Source of the DNA: Thermoplasmatota archaeon
GTDB taxonomy: Archaea > Thermoplasmatota > Poseidoniia > Poseidoniales > Thalassarchaeaceae
Direction: 5' to 3'
DNA: 64,000 nucleotides
Assembly: GCA_030828405.1 (NCBI GenBank)
Contig: JAURCP010000002.1
Location: 3,169-67,168, forward strand
Shown here: piece after piece, positions 53,484-63,624 of the stretch
Layout of the letters: each line of letters opens with the position of its first letter
How positions within the stretch are numbered: position 1 is the stretch's first letter
Notes under the pieces: model-generated
The model's input: the letters and a program-made list of their open reading frames with translations, nothing else
Database searches by the model: none
What the model was told of the DNA's origin: nothing
Program-made: the position numbers and the translations under genes

Positions 53484-54493
53484 TGCCTAATATGAATATG
53501 GTTCAATCTGTAAATAGTGCCCTTGACAATATGCTATCAAGAGATTCAGACATAGTGATCTTTGGAGAAGATGTTGGATATTTCGGGGGAGTATTTAGGA
53601 CCTCTGATGGCCTACAAGAAAAACATGGCAAGCATCGTGTTTTTGACTCGCCTCTTTCCGAAGGAGGAATAGCTGCAACAGCTTTTGGGATGGGGATAAA
53701 TGGCCTCAGACCAGTCGTAGAAATACAGTTCGCAGATTATATCTTTCCAGCATATGACCAAATTGTGAATGAGATGGCAAAGGTTAGGCATCGTTCAGGA
53801 GGAGAATTTTGGTGCCCTGTCACAATTAGAACTCCCGCAGGAGGAGGTATTAGAGGAGGTCATCATCACTCGCAATCTCCAGAATCTCAATTTACACATA
53901 CTCCCGGGTTGAAAGTGGTGTATTGTTCTACGCCATTCAATTCTAAGGGTCTTCTAATTAGTGCTATTGAGGATAACGATCCCGTGATTTTCTTTGAACC
54001 AAAAAGATGTTACAGGGGTCCATTTTATGGAGACCCTCATAATGTTCCAACATGGAAAGAACATCCAGAAGCCGAGGTCCCTGAATCATATTATAAAATA
54101 CCATTAGGAGAGGCGAGATTGGCGATGGAAGGTGACAAATGTACTGTAATTGCTTGGGGCACAATGGTACATGTGGCAGAACAAGCAATAAGAAACTCAG
54201 GAATTAGTTGTGATTTATTAGATTTACAAACATTAGTCCCTTGGGATAGAGAGGCTGTAGTTAGTTCAATTGAAAAGACGGGTAGATGTGTTGTTGTACA
54301 TGAAGCACCGAAAACTAGTGGATTTGGGGCCGAGATGGTTGCTTCGATACAAGAAAGATGTTTTTATCATTTAGAAAGTCCAATAGAAAGAGTCACAGGA
54401 TGGGATACGCCATTCCCACACACAACAGAATGGGATTATATGCCAAGTCCCTCTAGAATTGCTGAAGCGATACTAAAAACTCAGGAGGAATGA
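53483..54493 (+). CDS. 2-oxoacid dehydrogenase E1 component beta subunit
   Basis: FGEDVGYFGGVFRTSDGL, DSPLSEGGIAA and EIQFADYIFPA motifs. Start and stop are coupled (ATGA) with the alpha subunit. Confidence 0.9.
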   Translation: MPNMNMVQSVNSALDNMLSRDSDIVIFGEDVGYFGGVFRTSDGLQEKHGKHRVFDSPLSEGGIAATAFGMGINGLRPVVEIQFADYIFPAYDQIVNEMAKVRHRSGGEFWCPVTIRTPAGGGIRGGHHHSQSPESQFTHTPGLKVVYCSTPFNSKGLLISAIEDNDPVIFFEPKRCYRGPFYGDPHNVPTWKEHPEAEVPESYYKIPLGEARLAMEGDKCTVIAWGTMVHVAEQAIRNSGISCDLLDLQTLVPWDREAVVSSIEKTGRCVVVHEAPKTSGFGAEMVASIQERCFYHLESPIERVTGWDTPFPHTTEWDYMPSPSRIAEAILKTQEE

Positions 54494-55782
54494 ATATGGG
54501 AGATTATGTTTTCAAGTTACCAGATATAGGAGAAGGAGTAGTAGAAGGAGAAATAGTGTCATGGCATGTCAAGGTTGGAGATACAATAGTTGAAGATGCT
54601 CCAATCGTCGATGTAATGACCGACAAGGCAACTGTTACCATACCTTCTCCAACAAGTGGGATAGTAAAGGAATTGAGTGGAGAAGTTGGCGATATGATTG
54701 CTGTAGGCACTGCTCTGATAACTTTCTCAGGAAGTGGAGATGATGTCTTTTCTACAGAAGAAAATACAGAAACTATACCTGTTCCCGAACCAGTAATTGA
54801 AGAAGTGGTTGAACTTGAGGAAAAGGTAGTTGAGGTTGTAGAAAAAAAACCAGCTCCTGAAAAAGTTCTCATTCAGAAACCAATTAAAACTACAAAGGTG
54901 AGACAGAATACTAGGGTGTTGGCTAGTCCTGCTGTAAGAAGAAGAGCTAGGGAGGCCGAACTAGACCTAACTTTCGTATCCGGCTCTGGACCCGCTGGAA
55001 GGATTAGACACGCAGACTTAGACGCATATATCGCAGCAGGAGGAGCAGTTACAGGTGCACCTCCAAAATCATATTCTACAAAAAGAACAGAAACAAACGA
55101 AATAAAGGTCGTAGGTTTAAGAAGAAAAATTGCTGAACAAATGGTCAAATCAAAATTTTCTATACCTCACTTCTCATATTTTGAAGAAATTGATGTCACT
55201 GAGTTAGAAAAACTCAGGAAATTTTTAAACTCCACCAAAGACGAAGGGCAGCCAAAATTAACTTATCTGCCATTCATAATGATGGCTTTGGCTAAAATAA
55301 TGCCGAAACATCAAGAATGTAATGCACATTATGATGAAGAAAATAATATTGTTACTCAACACTCTGCAATCCATCTCGGAATTGCCACACAAACAGATAG
55401 AGGATTATTTGTTCCTGTCGTAAAACATGTTGAAGCAATGGACATATGGCAATCAGCAGCTGAAATGCAACGAGTTTCAGGCTCAGCTAGAAATGGCACT
55501 GCTAGCCTAGATGACTTGACAGGTTCCACATTTACAATTACAAGTCTCGGAAGAGATGGAGGGTTAGGAGCCACACCAATCATTAATCACCCAGAAGTTA
55601 GTATTCTGGGAGTACATAAAGCAAGAGAGATGCCTGTAGTTCAAGATGGAAAAGTTGTTGTTAGGAGGATAATGAATGTGTCAAGTTCTTTCGACCATCG
55701 AATTGTAGATGGTGCTAATGGAGCCGCCCTGGTTCAGTCATTGAAGAAAATGTTAGAACACCCGGCTCTAATTTTTATGTAG
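54490..55782 (+). CDS. Dihydrolipoamide acyltransferase E2 component
   Basis: Lipoyl domain DVMTDKATVTIPSP, a peripheral subunit-binding domain (LASPAVRRRAREAELDL), and the catalytic SSSFDHRIVDGA. Confidence 0.9.
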   Translation: MNMGDYVFKLPDIGEGVVEGEIVSWHVKVGDTIVEDAPIVDVMTDKATVTIPSPTSGIVKELSGEVGDMIAVGTALITFSGSGDDVFSTEENTETIPVPEPVIEEVVELEEKVVEVVEKKPAPEKVLIQKPIKTTKVRQNTRVLASPAVRRRAREAELDLTFVSGSGPAGRIRHADLDAYIAAGGAVTGAPPKSYSTKRTETNEIKVVGLRRKIAEQMVKSKFSIPHFSYFEEIDVTELEKLRKFLNSTKDEGQPKLTYLPFIMMALAKIMPKHQECNAHYDEENNIVTQHSAIHLGIATQTDRGLFVPVVKHVEAMDIWQSAAEMQRVSGSARNGTASLDDLTGSTFTITSLGRDGGLGATPIINHPEVSILGVHKAREMPVVQDGKVVVRRIMNVSSSFDHRIVDGANGAALVQSLKKMLEHPALIFM

Positions 55783-55790
55783 GTGAAAAA

Positions 55791-57227
55791 ATGAGTAATA
55801 ATCGTAAATGTCAAGTTTTAGTCATCGGAGCGGGGCCTGGAGGATATGTTGCTGCAATAAGATCCGCTCAATTAGGTCTCAATACAATAATTGTTGAGGG
55901 GGAAAAAGCAGGAGGAGTTTGTCTAAATGTTGGTTGTATTCCAAGTAAAGCCATTATCCATGCGGCAGAAAGATATGAAGCATTGGGTAAACATTCCAAA
56001 GAAGAAGGGCACATGGGAATTACAGTTTTAGGAAATACCGAAATTGAAATGAAAGGTATTGTGGAATGGAAAGATGGGATAGTTCAAAGATTAACCAAAG
56101 GTGTAGAAACATTGGTTAAAAATGCAGGTGCTGAATTAATACATGGTTGGGCCACATTTTCTTCATCGAAAAACTGTACTGTTAAGACCGAAAATGGAGA
56201 TATAAATATCGAAGCAGAAAATGTAATTATTGCAACGGGTTCTTCTCATATTGATTTGCCTTTTATGCCGTGTGATGAAGAATTCGTTCTTTCTTCAACA
56301 GGTGCATTGAGTTTGGAAAAACTACCGAAGAAGGTCGCCATTGTAGGAGGAGGATATATAGGACTAGAGTTAGGTTGTGCGTTAAGGAAATTAGGTACAG
56401 AAGTCACTGTAGTTGAAGGGATGGATAGTATCTTAGGAATAATGGATAAAGAAATCAGAAGACCACTTGAAATATGGTTGAAGAAGAACAAAGTTACTGT
56501 TTATACTAATGCTCTTGCAAAAGGAGCTAAAATCAAAGGTAAAGGTGCATCAAGAAAAGTTGAACTTACATTTGAAAAGGATTCTGAAGAACAAAAAATT
56601 ACTGTTGATAAGATTTTAGTTACTGTTGGAAGAAGTCCAAACTCAAAGGGATGGGGGGTTGAAAATATGGGAATAAGGATGGATACATCTGGTAGATTTA
56701 TTAGAATTGACCGACAATGTAGGACCTCAGCACCAGGAGTTTATGCAATCGGCGATGTTGCTGGAGAACCAATGCTGGCACACAAGGCAAGCGCCCAAGG
56801 CGAAATGGTGGCAGAGATTATTTCCGGTGAAAAGAGAGAATTTGACAAAGTTGCAATTCCTGCAATTGTTTTCACTGAACCAGAAATTGTCTCTGTTGGA
56901 CTGACTCCTGATGAAGCGAAAGAAAAAGGTGAAGAGGTCATTATTGGGAAATTCCCTCTAGCTGCCAATGGAAGAGCTCTAACTATAGAAGCAGAAAAAA
57001 CTGCAGGTTTCATAAGAGTAACTGCAAGGAAAGAAGATCATGTAATTCTTGGTATTCAAGCAGTTGGCAGTCACGTAGCCGAATTACACGGTGAATTCAT
57101 TTTGGCTCTCGAGATGGGAGCACAGTTAGAGGATATTTCAGATACAGTTCACGCACACCCAACAATGACGGAGGCTTTTCATGAAAGTGTATTGAAAACA
57201 TTGGGTCACGCAATACATACTTCCTGA
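55791..57227 (+). CDS. lpdA: Dihydrolipoamide dehydrogenase E3 component
   Basis: FAD motif VIGAGPGGY, redox disulfide GGVCLNVGCIPSK, and C-terminal HAHPTMTEA. SD AGGTGA lies upstream. Confidence 0.92.
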   Translation: MSNNRKCQVLVIGAGPGGYVAAIRSAQLGLNTIIVEGEKAGGVCLNVGCIPSKAIIHAAERYEALGKHSKEEGHMGITVLGNTEIEMKGIVEWKDGIVQRLTKGVETLVKNAGAELIHGWATFSSSKNCTVKTENGDINIEAENVIIATGSSHIDLPFMPCDEEFVLSSTGALSLEKLPKKVAIVGGGYIGLELGCALRKLGTEVTVVEGMDSILGIMDKEIRRPLEIWLKKNKVTVYTNALAKGAKIKGKGASRKVELTFEKDSEEQKITVDKILVTVGRSPNSKGWGVENMGIRMDTSGRFIRIDRQCRTSAPGVYAIGDVAGEPMLAHKASAQGEMVAEIISGEKREFDKVAIPAIVFTEPEIVSVGLTPDEAKEKGEEVIIGKFPLAANGRALTIEAEKTAGFIRVTARKEDHVILGIQAVGSHVAELHGEFILALEMGAQLEDISDTVHAHPTMTEAFHESVLKTLGHAIHTS

Positions 57228-57233
57228 GGTGAT

Positions 57234-57911
57234 TTGTTGAAAAATATCCAAGTCCTAAGGGCTGGAATTGTTGAACATTCTAAAGTTTCAGAGATTATGC
57301 GCGTTATGCAACAAAAAAGAATTAGTGATGAAATTATTGACTCTATTATTCTCGTAGAACATCCAGAAATAGTTACCATTGGCCCAAAGGCCAGTAGGGA
57401 AGGAGTAGTAGTTAGTGACGATTATGAACAGACAATTGTAGATAGAGGTGGAGGAATCACATGGCATGGACCCGGGCAACTAGTGGCTTATCCTATTGTG
57501 AAATGGGATAATGATGAACAAAGTGTCAGAAAAATTATTAACAAAATAGAGGATTTGGTAATTAAAACCCTGAAAGATCTTGGCATTGATGGATACAGAG
57601 ATTCTGCAATGATGGGGGTATGGGTTGATGGAAAAAAGGTATGTTCTATAGGACTTGCATTTCTTCATTGGGTTAGTAGGCATGGTTTAGCGTTGAACTA
57701 TGCTACTCCTGGAAATAGGATTGAAAATCTCGCTTGCTGCGGATTAGATGTAGGTACAACAACATCATTAGAAAAATTGGGATATAAGAAAAATAATAAT
57801 CAGAAAATCACCAGAGAGTTACTTGAAAATACTCTAATCTCAAATATCGAAAATATACTTAATAGAGTACCAGTTGAAGACGAAAATTGTAATCTTGAGG
57901 ACTTTCTATGA
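57234..57911 (+). CDS. lipB: Octanoyltransferase (lipoyl(octanoyl) transferase)
   Basis: RGGGITWHGPGQLVAYPI and KVCSIG motifs. TTG start preceded by the strong SD GAGGTGA. Confidence 0.88.
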   Translation: MLKNIQVLRAGIVEHSKVSEIMRVMQQKRISDEIIDSIILVEHPEIVTIGPKASREGVVVSDDYEQTIVDRGGGITWHGPGQLVAYPIVKWDNDEQSVRKIINKIEDLVIKTLKDLGIDGYRDSAMMGVWVDGKKVCSIGLAFLHWVSRHGLALNYATPGNRIENLACCGLDVGTTTSLEKLGYKKNNNQKITRELLENTLISNIENILNRVPVEDENCNLEDFL

Positions 57912-59104
57912 ATAGACCGCAGAAAAATCTTATGTCTGAATTTTGGGGACTCGATGTATCAACCATTTTCTTAAATCATGGTTCATACGGAGCTACACCT
58001 AAAATAGTTCTAGAAGAACAAAAACGATGGCAACAACTTGTAGAAAAAGATCCGGTGAAATTCTATGAAGAAATCGCCCCTAAAGCATTATTAGAAACTA
58101 GAAAAGCGATTGCTAAATTTGTTAAATGTGATTATGATGATTTGGCATTGATTGAAAACGCAACATCAGGAGTCAATACAGTATTGAGATCGCTAGACTT
58201 CAACATTGATGATGAGATATTAGTACCTAATCATGCTTATCAAGCTTGTAGAAATACAATAGATTTTGTTGCTAGAAAGAATAATGCTAAAGTTGTTACT
58301 TGCGAAATACCATTCCCGATTAACAATGAAGAAATTATAATTGAAGAGATTATGCGATGTGTTACAGAAAGAACGAAATTAGCATTAATTGATACAGTAA
58401 CTAGCCCTACTGGGATAAAAATGCCTTTTGAAAAATTAGTTGAATTACTAGAAAATAAGGGAATTAAAGTACTTCTTGATGCGGCTCATGGAATTGGAAT
58501 GATTCCTCTAGATTTAGAACAAATTGGTGCATCGTTTACAACTAGTAATTGCCATAAATGGCTATGTGCACCTAAAGGTTCAGCGTTTTTGCATGTAAGA
58601 AAGGATATGCAAGAATTTATTCACCCTCTAACAATTAGTCATGGAATGACTGCTCCTTTAGAAGGAATTTCAAGATTTCGACACGAATTCGATTGGACAG
58701 GAACTAGAGATATATCCGCATGGTGTGTAATCCCATATGTTATCAGTGAAGTTAGCAAGATAGTGGGAATGAGTTGGGAAGAAATAATGCAACATAATAA
58801 TAACTTGGTAACTGAAGCAAGAAAATATCTATGTCAAGAATTGGATATTTCCCCACCTTGCCCTGACAAAATGCTAGCAAGCATAGCAACTATAAAATTA
58901 AATTTTGATGATTACACTAATCTTTCTATTCATGAACCTGATCCAATACATCTAGATCTTCTAGATGAATACAATATACAAGTTCCAGTTTGGTATTGGC
59001 CTAACCCAGAAGGAAGGTATATACGTATTTCCGCTCAGATTTACAATAACTTAGATGAGTATGAATATTTAGCATTTGCATTAAAGAATGTCTGTAAAAA
59101 TTAA
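57908..59104 (+). CDS. Class V PLP-dependent aminotransferase (isopenicillin-N epimerase / cysteine desulfurase-like)
   Basis: TSNCHKWLCAPKGSAFLHV (PLP lysine). It overlaps lipB by 4 nt. Confidence 0.7.
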   Translation: MNRPQKNLMSEFWGLDVSTIFLNHGSYGATPKIVLEEQKRWQQLVEKDPVKFYEEIAPKALLETRKAIAKFVKCDYDDLALIENATSGVNTVLRSLDFNIDDEILVPNHAYQACRNTIDFVARKNNAKVVTCEIPFPINNEEIIIEEIMRCVTERTKLALIDTVTSPTGIKMPFEKLVELLENKGIKVLLDAAHGIGMIPLDLEQIGASFTTSNCHKWLCAPKGSAFLHVRKDMQEFIHPLTISHGMTAPLEGISRFRHEFDWTGTRDISAWCVIPYVISEVSKIVGMSWEEIMQHNNNLVTEARKYLCQELDISPPCPDKMLASIATIKLNFDDYTNLSIHEPDPIHLDLLDEYNIQVPVWYWPNPEGRYIRISAQIYNNLDEYEYLAFALKNVCKN

Positions 59105-59122
59105 GCAATAGTTCAAGATGTC

Positions 59123-59713
59123 TTGTTCTCACGGCGTTTCATGCCATCCGCTGTTGTAGCCTTAACAGGTGCTTCTGGTGCACAGTATGCTGTACGACTT
59201 GTAGAAGTACTTTCTGAAGCTTCTTGGGAGGTAGATTTGATAGTAACAAAAACAGGTGCAATCAACTTGCATTTAGAATGTGACATGACAGCAAAAGATT
59301 TATCCAAAATTAGAGGAGTAACATTGCATGAAAATCATAATTTAGCTGCAAAACCTGCTTCTGGATCTGCAAAATATGACGCATATATCATTTGCCCAAC
59401 TAGTGGTACTACTATAGGCAAAATTGCAGCAGGAATCTCAGATAACCTAGCGACTAGGAGTGCTCTTGTTGCTCTCAAAGAAAGAAGAAAGTTGATTCTA
59501 GTCCCTAGAGAAACTCCTTTTGCAACCGCTCACCTAGAAGCAATGACAAAAATGTCAACTTGGGGAGTCATTATACTCCCCGCAAGTCCTGGATTCTACC
59601 ATAAACCAAATACCATTGAAGAATTGATAGACTTCGTTGTCGCAAGGATACTAGACCAACTTGACATTGAACATAAATTAAGTAAGAGATGGTCTGGTGA
59701 AGAAGTAAAATAA
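59123..59713 (+). CDS. ubiX: Flavin prenyltransferase UbiX/Pad1 family
   Basis: ALTGASGAQYAVRL and ICPTSGTTIGKIAAGISDNLATR motifs. The true start may be the ATG at 59141 (MPSAVV...). Confidence 0.85.
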   Translation: MFSRRFMPSAVVALTGASGAQYAVRLVEVLSEASWEVDLIVTKTGAINLHLECDMTAKDLSKIRGVTLHENHNLAAKPASGSAKYDAYIICPTSGTTIGKIAAGISDNLATRSALVALKERRKLILVPRETPFATAHLEAMTKMSTWGVIILPASPGFYHKPNTIEELIDFVVARILDQLDIEHKLSKRWSGEEVK

Positions 59714-59719
59714 ATTAGC

Positions 59720-60202
59720 CTATCTTTTACAAAAATCAATAATTTCTTGATAATTAGGTTCTATACCCGGATTATCAGCAATCCAGCAATAACCAATTTT
59801 TCCATCCTCATTAATCACAAAAACTGACCTCTGTGCAGCAGTGTATCCAGGCATAACAAAATCAATTCCAACACCATAAGAATTTGTAGCATTTCTATTC
59901 ACATCGGAAAGCAATGGAAATCCTATTGAGTTTATTTTTGAAAACTCATTATTGGAGAATATTGAATCAACACTGATTCCAAATACTTCAGCCTCAATAT
60001 TTTCAAAATCACTCATAAAGTTTGTAAAAGTACACATTTCAGCCGTACATACACCTGTAAAAGCAGCAGGATAGAATGCTAAAACCACTTTATTTCCAAT
60101 TGAGTCACTCAGAGTAACCATATTTCTGTCATTCGCCATCAAAGTAAAGTCAGGTGCTGTGTCGCCTACTGATACCATACACTTGCGGGTGGACTGGGCC
60201 AT
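59720..60202 (-). CDS. bcp: Peroxiredoxin (Bcp/PrxQ-like, AhpC/TSA family)
   Basis: LAFYPAAFTGVCTAEMC peroxidatic Cys motif. Confidence 0.85.
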   Translation of the reverse strand: MAQSTRKCMVSVGDTAPDFTLMANDRNMVTLSDSIGNKVVLAFYPAAFTGVCTAEMCTFTNFMSDFENIEAEVFGISVDSIFSNNEFSKINSIGFPLLSDVNRNATNSYGVGIDFVMPGYTAAQRSVFVINEDGKIGYCWIADNPGIEPNYQEIIDFCKR

Positions 60203-60233
60203 TCAAAGATAACCATCGTCTAGAGTTGATTAA

Positions 60234-60545
60234 ATGAACGAAATAATATCAATTTACGATTGGGAAAACATCAATAGAAAATCTGATTATTTACTTCTAA
60301 TAACAAAAGAATCATGTGATGATTGTAAGGAAGTTGAGGAATATCTAGAGAAAAATAATAATAAAGTTAAAAATTATATTGTTAATAAAATTAATTTGGA
60401 CAATCCTCATTCTAAAGAACTAATTAACGAACTAGAATGGATAAATGTCGAAGTTGACTTTGTACCATTTTGGAGTTTAATTCTCAATTCAAAAAGAATT
60501 AAATCTGTCAGAGGAAATATAAAAATGGTAAAAGAAATTATTTAA
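60234..60545 (+). CDS. Small thioredoxin-fold-like protein with a CxxC motif
   Basis: 103 aa with LLLITKESCDDCKEVEEYL (CDDC). It is divergent from the peroxiredoxin gene. Confidence 0.4.
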   Translation: MNEIISIYDWENINRKSDYLLLITKESCDDCKEVEEYLEKNNNKVKNYIVNKINLDNPHSKELINELEWINVEVDFVPFWSLILNSKRIKSVRGNIKMVKEII

Positions 60546-62291
60546 TTACATATTTTCTGGTGTTTCAATCCCCAAAAGTCCTAGTCCTATCTTCAATGTC
60601 CTCGCAGTTAAATTACACAGAGCTAATCTACTATTCATCTTGACCTCATCATTAGAGTCTAAAACAGGACAATTCTCATAGAATGAGGCGAAATCTTGCG
60701 CTAAATGATGTAAGTAAACTGCCAAACGATGAGGGCTATAACTATTTATTGTCTCATCGATTGATTCAGAAAATCTAATTATAGATTTGGAAAGAGACTT
60801 TTCGAAATCATTTACTACTAAGATTTCAGAATTAAATGTAGATTCACGAGATATCGATGATTTGCGGAAAATACTACATATCCTTGCATGTGCATACTGT
60901 AGATAAGGAGCGGTATTCCCATCGAATGATAACATTTTATCCCAATCAAAAACATAATTCTTATTTCTATCAATAGATAAGTCTGCGTACTTTATTGCAC
61001 CTATTCCAATCATTTTAGAGACTTTTTTACGATCTGAATCAGACATAGAAGAATTTTTCTCAAGAATCAATTTTTCTGCCCTGTTAACTGATTCTTCCAA
61101 TAATTCTTTCAGAGTGATTGCTTTGCCTTCACGGCTGGCTAATTTCTTACCATCTGAGCCCATGACTAAACCAAATGAGACATGCACTGCTTTAATCTTC
61201 TCATCCATAAATTCTGCATCTTTAGCTACTTGAAAAACCATAGAAAAATGTTGTGATTGCTCAGCGCCAACAACATACAGCATCTCATTACATTCAATCG
61301 ATTCAACACGATTTATTATACAAGCAAGATCAGTGGTGGCGTAGTTGTAACCACCATCACCTTTACGAATAATAAGAGGCAGAGGTTCATTTTCACGATT
61401 AAACCATCCTTCGGGGAACACAACTAAAGCACCTTCGCTTTCAACAATTAAATTCCGAGATTCGAGACGTTTTACCACTTCAGGAAGTAGATCTTCATAG
61501 ATTGATTCTCCAGCCAAATTATCATCATTTAGAAGGACGCCTAGCATTTGGTAGACTGAATTAAAATTAACTAGTGAGAAATCTACTAATTTTTGCCATA
61601 AATCAATCGTTTCAGCATCTCTAGACTGAAGTTTGACAACTCTTTGCCTTGAACGTAGAGCGAAATCATCGACATTTTCAAATTTATATCTAGCTTCTTT
61701 ATAGAAAGTTGAAAGATCTATTTCGCCAACATTATTATTATCACATTCAATAAAGTGTTCAATCAACATACCAAAAGGGGTACCCCAATCTCCGATATGA
61801 TTCTCACCAACTACATTATGCCCCTTAAATGAAAAAATTCTTGACAAAGCATCGCCAATTACTGTAGAACGCAGATGACCTACATGCATCCTTTTGGCAA
61901 TATTTGGTGAAGAATAATCTATAACAATGGTTTTTCTATCTTCTAACTCTACACCCAACCTAGGATCTGAATTCATGGAAGAAATCTTCTTAGAAATCCA
62001 AGAATTTTTAGCCTTGAAATTAAGAAAACCATTTACAATATTGATTTCTACAATTTCAGATAGTTCAGAATCGATATTATTTGCAATCTCGATTGCTATA
62101 TCGTTAGGAGATTTTCTCAAAATTTTAGACAATGTATGGCAAGGTAGAGTTATATCGCCATGGGTTTTATCTGTAGAACTTCCGAGTGAATTCAACCATT
62201 GATTCTCATTTAATCCTAATTTCACCATAGCAGTGGATAACTTTGGAACTATTTCATTATGAAGTTCCTTCATTAAATCACCTAGGACCAC
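60546..62291 (-). CDS. argS: Arginine-tRNA ligase
   Basis: HIGH-type motif SSPNIAKRMHVGHLRS. The anticodon-binding C-terminus has the typical ...RLALC...GLLGIE..E.M ending. Confidence 0.92.
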   Translation of the reverse strand: MVLGDLMKELHNEIVPKLSTAMVKLGLNENQWLNSLGSSTDKTHGDITLPCHTLSKILRKSPNDIAIEIANNIDSELSEIVEINIVNGFLNFKAKNSWISKKISSMNSDPRLGVELEDRKTIVIDYSSPNIAKRMHVGHLRSTVIGDALSRIFSFKGHNVVGENHIGDWGTPFGMLIEHFIECDNNNVGEIDLSTFYKEARYKFENVDDFALRSRQRVVKLQSRDAETIDLWQKLVDFSLVNFNSVYQMLGVLLNDDNLAGESIYEDLLPEVVKRLESRNLIVESEGALVVFPEGWFNRENEPLPLIIRKGDGGYNYATTDLACIINRVESIECNEMLYVVGAEQSQHFSMVFQVAKDAEFMDEKIKAVHVSFGLVMGSDGKKLASREGKAITLKELLEESVNRAEKLILEKNSSMSDSDRKKVSKMIGIGAIKYADLSIDRNKNYVFDWDKMLSFDGNTAPYLQYAHARICSIFRKSSISRESTFNSEILVVNDFEKSLSKSIIRFSESIDETINSYSPHRLAVYLHHLAQDFASFYENCPVLDSNDEVKMNSRLALCNLTARTLKIGLGLLGIETPENM

Positions 62292-63529
62292 GCATATCTT
62301 AACATTGCTGCAATACCTCCAAACGAAGTACTCAAAGTAGAACCTTCTTCAGTATCTAATGAAACTAAAATGACTTTAGCCGATGTATGAGATGCAAGTT
62401 CTGTTAATTCATCTATCAAATCCATTGTTTTTTCAGGATCTTCAACTATTCTATCCGACCCACACTCGGGGCATTGTGGTATATCTGTCAAACTATTCTG
62501 TGTTTGACTCCATTCATTAGAACATGATTTACAAGTCCATCCAACTCTGCGTTTTCTCAAACCCTCGGAAAGTAATAAGGTCGCTACTGCTCCCTGATCA
62601 AGAGCGGCTCTAACCATCATCTCTCCGTACGTGGCCTTAGGATGTGTTTGCATTACTTCTCTAAGAAAATCATCAACTAAACGTCTTTCAACATCCAACT
62701 CAATTTGGTCCATCAACCCTCCCGCCCTTTGAATTAGTTCTCTTAGGCCAGAATCATTTGAGTATCCTACATCAAAATGTGGTTCTCTAATTAATTTCTT
62801 GATTTCATGATGGAAATAATTATTTTTTACTACAAAATCTTTAGTAGCACCCGGGCCACCAATAATTATTCCTTTCAAATCTTCAATCATTGGTAGCCAG
62901 TAAGCACAAGCTCTTTCAGCTGACTTCTTGAAAAAGTTATGAGCGGCCTCCTCGATTAATCTTTCGAATCTTTGAGCAGATTGCCCACCTCTTCCGTGCT
63001 TAGATGGGACTTGTGAGGTAATATGCTCTTGACAATGGTGTCTCTTACCAGATGCTAAACCATAAGCCGATTCTGATCTATCAATTACGAATAGTCCATA
63101 AGCCGTTTTATCAATTAACATATCTTCAAGTTGGGAAGTTTCGAAAGAAGAATCACAACGATATCTGAATGATGGGAAAGGTTCGGGCGGGTCATCAACC
63201 ACTACTGAAATTAGTCTACTTTTATTATTTCCAGTAATTACATGGCCCACAAACAAAGCAATTCCTCTTTCTCCTGGTGTCTTATATCTCCCTAGTGTAG
63301 AAACTGCTGATTCTATGGCATCAGTTACATGTTTTCTAGTAGATTTTGACTTAATATTTGCTGCTTGTCCACCTTCTTGAATTAAGTGGTGGCGAACATC
63401 AGATAACATCTTCTCAGGAGGTATGATTACTGAAACTAACTCAGTACCCATACCTCTCATCTTCGAAACTTCTTCGAGAGTCTTTCGTGCGCGAAGTTTG
63501 CGTTTTTGCATCTCTAAGTCCTCTGACAT
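62282..63529 (-). CDS. prf1: Peptide chain release factor aRF1
   Basis: NIKS stop-codon recognition motif (AANIKSKSTR) and GGQ motif (GRGGQSAQRF). It overlaps argS by 10 nt. Confidence 0.92.
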   Translation of the reverse strand: MSEDLEMQKRKLRARKTLEEVSKMRGMGTELVSVIIPPEKMLSDVRHHLIQEGGQAANIKSKSTRKHVTDAIESAVSTLGRYKTPGERGIALFVGHVITGNNKSRLISVVVDDPPEPFPSFRYRCDSSFETSQLEDMLIDKTAYGLFVIDRSESAYGLASGKRHHCQEHITSQVPSKHGRGGQSAQRFERLIEEAAHNFFKKSAERACAYWLPMIEDLKGIIIGGPGATKDFVVKNNYFHHEIKKLIREPHFDVGYSNDSGLRELIQRAGGLMDQIELDVERRLVDDFLREVMQTHPKATYGEMMVRAALDQGAVATLLLSEGLRKRRVGWTCKSCSNEWSQTQNSLTDIPQCPECGSDRIVEDPEKTMDLIDELTELASHTSAKVILVSLDTEEGSTLSTSFGGIAAMLRYAWS

Positions 63530-63624
63530 AGCCCACCCTCGTGCATGGGCAAAGAGGCGGGCATTTCAACCCTTCATCCTTAACCTAGCCTAGACATTGA
63601 TAGAGAAGTAGTGTCTCCGTATAC

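Noticed and set aside
62463-62545. Cys4 zinc-ribbon-like insertion (CKSC...CPEC) in the C-terminal domain of aRF1.
   Set aside because: It sits where eRF1/aRF1 carry their variable mini-domain insertion. From memory, Cys-rich versions occur in other euryarchaeal aRF1 proteins, so it is probably typical of the family. I cannot verify this without an alignment, so it is not reported as novel.
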